Source: Mycoplasma mobile 163K
GTDB taxonomy: Bacteria; Bacillota_I; Bacilli_A; Mycoplasmatales; Metamycoplasmataceae
Direction: 5' to 3'
Assembly (NCBI RefSeq): GCF_000008365.1
Contig: NC_006908.1
Coordinates: 30,001-62,000 of the forward strand
DNA: 32,000 bases
Made by a program: the position numbers and the translations under genes. Positions 30,043-32,000 of this stretch are shown in pieces. The notes under the pieces were generated by a model, which saw only the letters and a program-made list of their open reading frames with translations, had not been told where the DNA came from and searched no databases. How positions within the stretch are numbered: the first letter of the stretch is position 1; each line of letters begins with the position of its first letter.

Positions 30043-31446
30043 ATGAATATATTTAATTTTTTTAAATCCAAAAAAAATGAAAAATTCAAATCAAAAAATT
30101 TAACTTTTAAGCAAGGTCTTTTAATGTGAAGTATTTTAATAATTGGATATATTGTTTTTATTATTAATTGATTAATGCTAGGTAATTTGGCAGGACAAGG
30201 TGCTATAGATAGTAATGGAAATCCAATTGGATGAACAGCATATTTTTTTGGTGGAATTCCAGAAAATATTAATCTTATTACGCAAGCAGTTAATTATACA
30301 ATAACTTTCATGAGAGGAGTAGGTTCTTTAGTAGTAGGATATTTAATTGTTAAATTAACTCATAAATGAGCTGTTGTTATTTCTCTTGCTCTTCTTTTAA
30401 TGGCAATTCCTGCCATTTTAATGCCTTCTAATGTTGGCGGGTTTGCAGGATTTATTATTTTTAGGATGCTTTTAGCAATAGGTGGAACAACTCTAATAAT
30501 TTATACGCAACCTATTGTTGCAAAAAGTGTCCCACAAAAGCGCAAGGGAATTTTTACAATTTTTTCCACTTTTGGATTTAGCCTTGCAACAATAATTGTT
30601 GCAGCACCTTTTTTAAGTTTAAGAATTCAATTACAAACAAATTGACAATTTGTATCAGGAATAACAGCTGCAACAGCTTTTATTCCTCTTGTTATTTATA
30701 TAATTTTTGGAAAAAATTTTGACATTACTTCACAAGTCAAACTAGATCAATATGATAGTACTCTTTATCCGACAACAGGGAAAGAAATTATAAAAGAAAA
30801 ACAAACTTGAGTTTGAGTCTTAATTTATGGAGCTGGTTTAGTACTTGCGGTTATACCTATTACAGATTTATTTAGGCAAGCTTTAGTTAATCTTGCACCT
30901 GCTAATTTGACAAATCAAGCAAATTCTGCTTTTAGTATTTTTACAATTGTATATGTTTCAGGAGTATTTTTATCACCTTTTACAATAGGGTTATGAAATT
31001 CAACAAATGCAAAAAGAAAACCATTTGCTATTTTTATTGTTTCAATGATTATTCTTGCATTTATATTAATGTTTTTAGGTTGAAGATTTGGATCAGTTGC
31101 AACTTTTTATGTTTTTGGTTTTATATCAGGATGGCTTGTTTGATCGCTTCAATCAATAACACTTCAAAATCCACACGAAAGAAAAGGTAACACTCCAAAA
31201 AGAATAGGAATTATATTTTCTTTTAGTTGAGGTTTTGGGTACTTCTTTTTTACAATTATAAATATTATTCTAGCAGCAATTGTTCCTGAAAATGCATCTT
31301 TAGAATTATGAATAGGTTTTGTTATTCTCTTTTTAATTTTTTCTTCACTACTTGGTGTTGGATTTTTATTTGCAGAAGAAACTAAACCTCAAGGAAAAAT
31401 AATTCCTGGAAGATTAAAATTTTGAAAAAAATTAGACAAAAAATAA
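30043..31446 (+). CDS. 12-TM transporter, paralog of 28514..29923, 467 aa
   Basis: AAGGAG RBS. In frame with track ORF 30400..30645. Collinear with the upstream gene, for example FRMLLAIGGTTLIIY, KEKQTWVW, NPHERKGNTPKRIG and FGYFFFTI. Stop is TAA at 31444..31446. Confidence 0.8.
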
Positions 31447-31534
31447 TTTCTTCTAATAAAAGATAGGTTCATTTATGTTTTTTATTATATAATTCAAATA
31501 TATTAAAATAATTTCTATAAATGCAAGAGGATGT

Positions 31535-32000
31535 ATGAACCAAAAATTAAGTGAGCAAGAACTCATTCGACGTCAAAAAATTGAAAAACTACAAAAATTA
31601 GGTGTAGAAGTTTTTCACGAAACAGTGAAATTCGATTTAAATATTAATAAAATTATCCAAAAATATAATTCATTTTCAAAAGATGAATTAGCAAAAGATG
31701 AATTTTCATTATCAACAACAGGAAGAATTATTACAATTAGAAGTTCCTTTTTAGTTTTAAAATCACAAGGAAGTAAATTCCAAATTTACTTACCAATCAA
31801 AGAATTAGACAAAAAATACTTAGAATTAATTGATCTATTAGATATAGGAGATATTATTTTTGTTAATGGAAAGTTAATGAAAACTCAAACAGGTGAGTTA
31901 ACTTTAAGAGCAAATGAATTGAAACTTTTATCAAAATCTTTAAAAGTTTTACCTGATAAATTTCATGGCCTAAATGATATTGAAGAAAGATACCGTCATC
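31535..32000 (+). CDS. lysS: Lysyl-tRNA synthetase (class II), N-terminal part; continues past the right edge
   Basis: MNQKLSEQELIRRQKIEKLQKLGVEVF..., then an OB-fold-like segment (TTGRIITIRSSFLVLKSQGSKFQIYL), ending in DIEERYRH. This is the typical LysS N-terminus. Confidence 0.85.
   Translation, partial: MNQKLSEQELIRRQKIEKLQKLGVEVFHETVKFDLNINKIIQKYNSFSKDELAKDEFSLSTTGRIITIRSSFLVLKSQGSKFQIYLPIKELDKKYLELIDLLDIGDIIFVNGKLMKTQTGELTLRANELKLLSKSLKVLPDKFHGLNDIEERYRH

Noticed and set aside
28615-31190. ORFs at 28615..28821 and 30993..31190.
   Set aside because: They are out of frame within the two 12-TM transporter genes.

Overview
AT-rich (~25% GC) Mollicute (Mycoplasma-type) chromosome that must be read with translation table 4. 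TGA falls on conserved Trp positions in ThyA, Cas1, Cas9 and the transporters, so the supplied standard-code ORF track breaks most genes into pieces.

Contents, left to right:
(1) 1..8271: a head-to-tail tandem array of a ~2434-bp unit. It carries four minus-strand paralogous genes for ~780-aa membrane-anchored surface proteins. Each has its own promoter, and variant blocks are shared in a mosaic pattern between copies.
(2) 8377..9361: a small plus-strand two-gene module, with a frameshifted ~85-codon ORF overlapping a retropepsin-like (DTGA) aspartic protease gene.
(3) 9617..19469: a complete type II-A CRISPR-Cas locus on the minus strand. Order is tracrRNA, cas9 (1226 aa), cas1, cas2, csn2, an 18-nt leader remnant, then 63 repeats of 36 bp with 62 spacers.
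(4) Plus-strand housekeeping genes: thyA-folA, a BMP-family ABC transporter operon (binding protein, double ATPase, two permeases), a 223-aa orphan, ldh tightly coupled to a 12-TM transporter followed by a paralog of that transporter, and the 5' end of lysS.

The 2434-bp period matches my recollection of the ~2435-bp repeat reported for Mycoplasma mobile 163K. That species assignment is unverified.

The items most worth follow-up are the mosaic tandem surface-protein array, the small-ORF plus retropepsin-like protease pair next to the CRISPR trailer, and the regulatory layout of the CRISPR locus: tracrRNA terminator 28 nt before cas9, and the leader squeezed against csn2.
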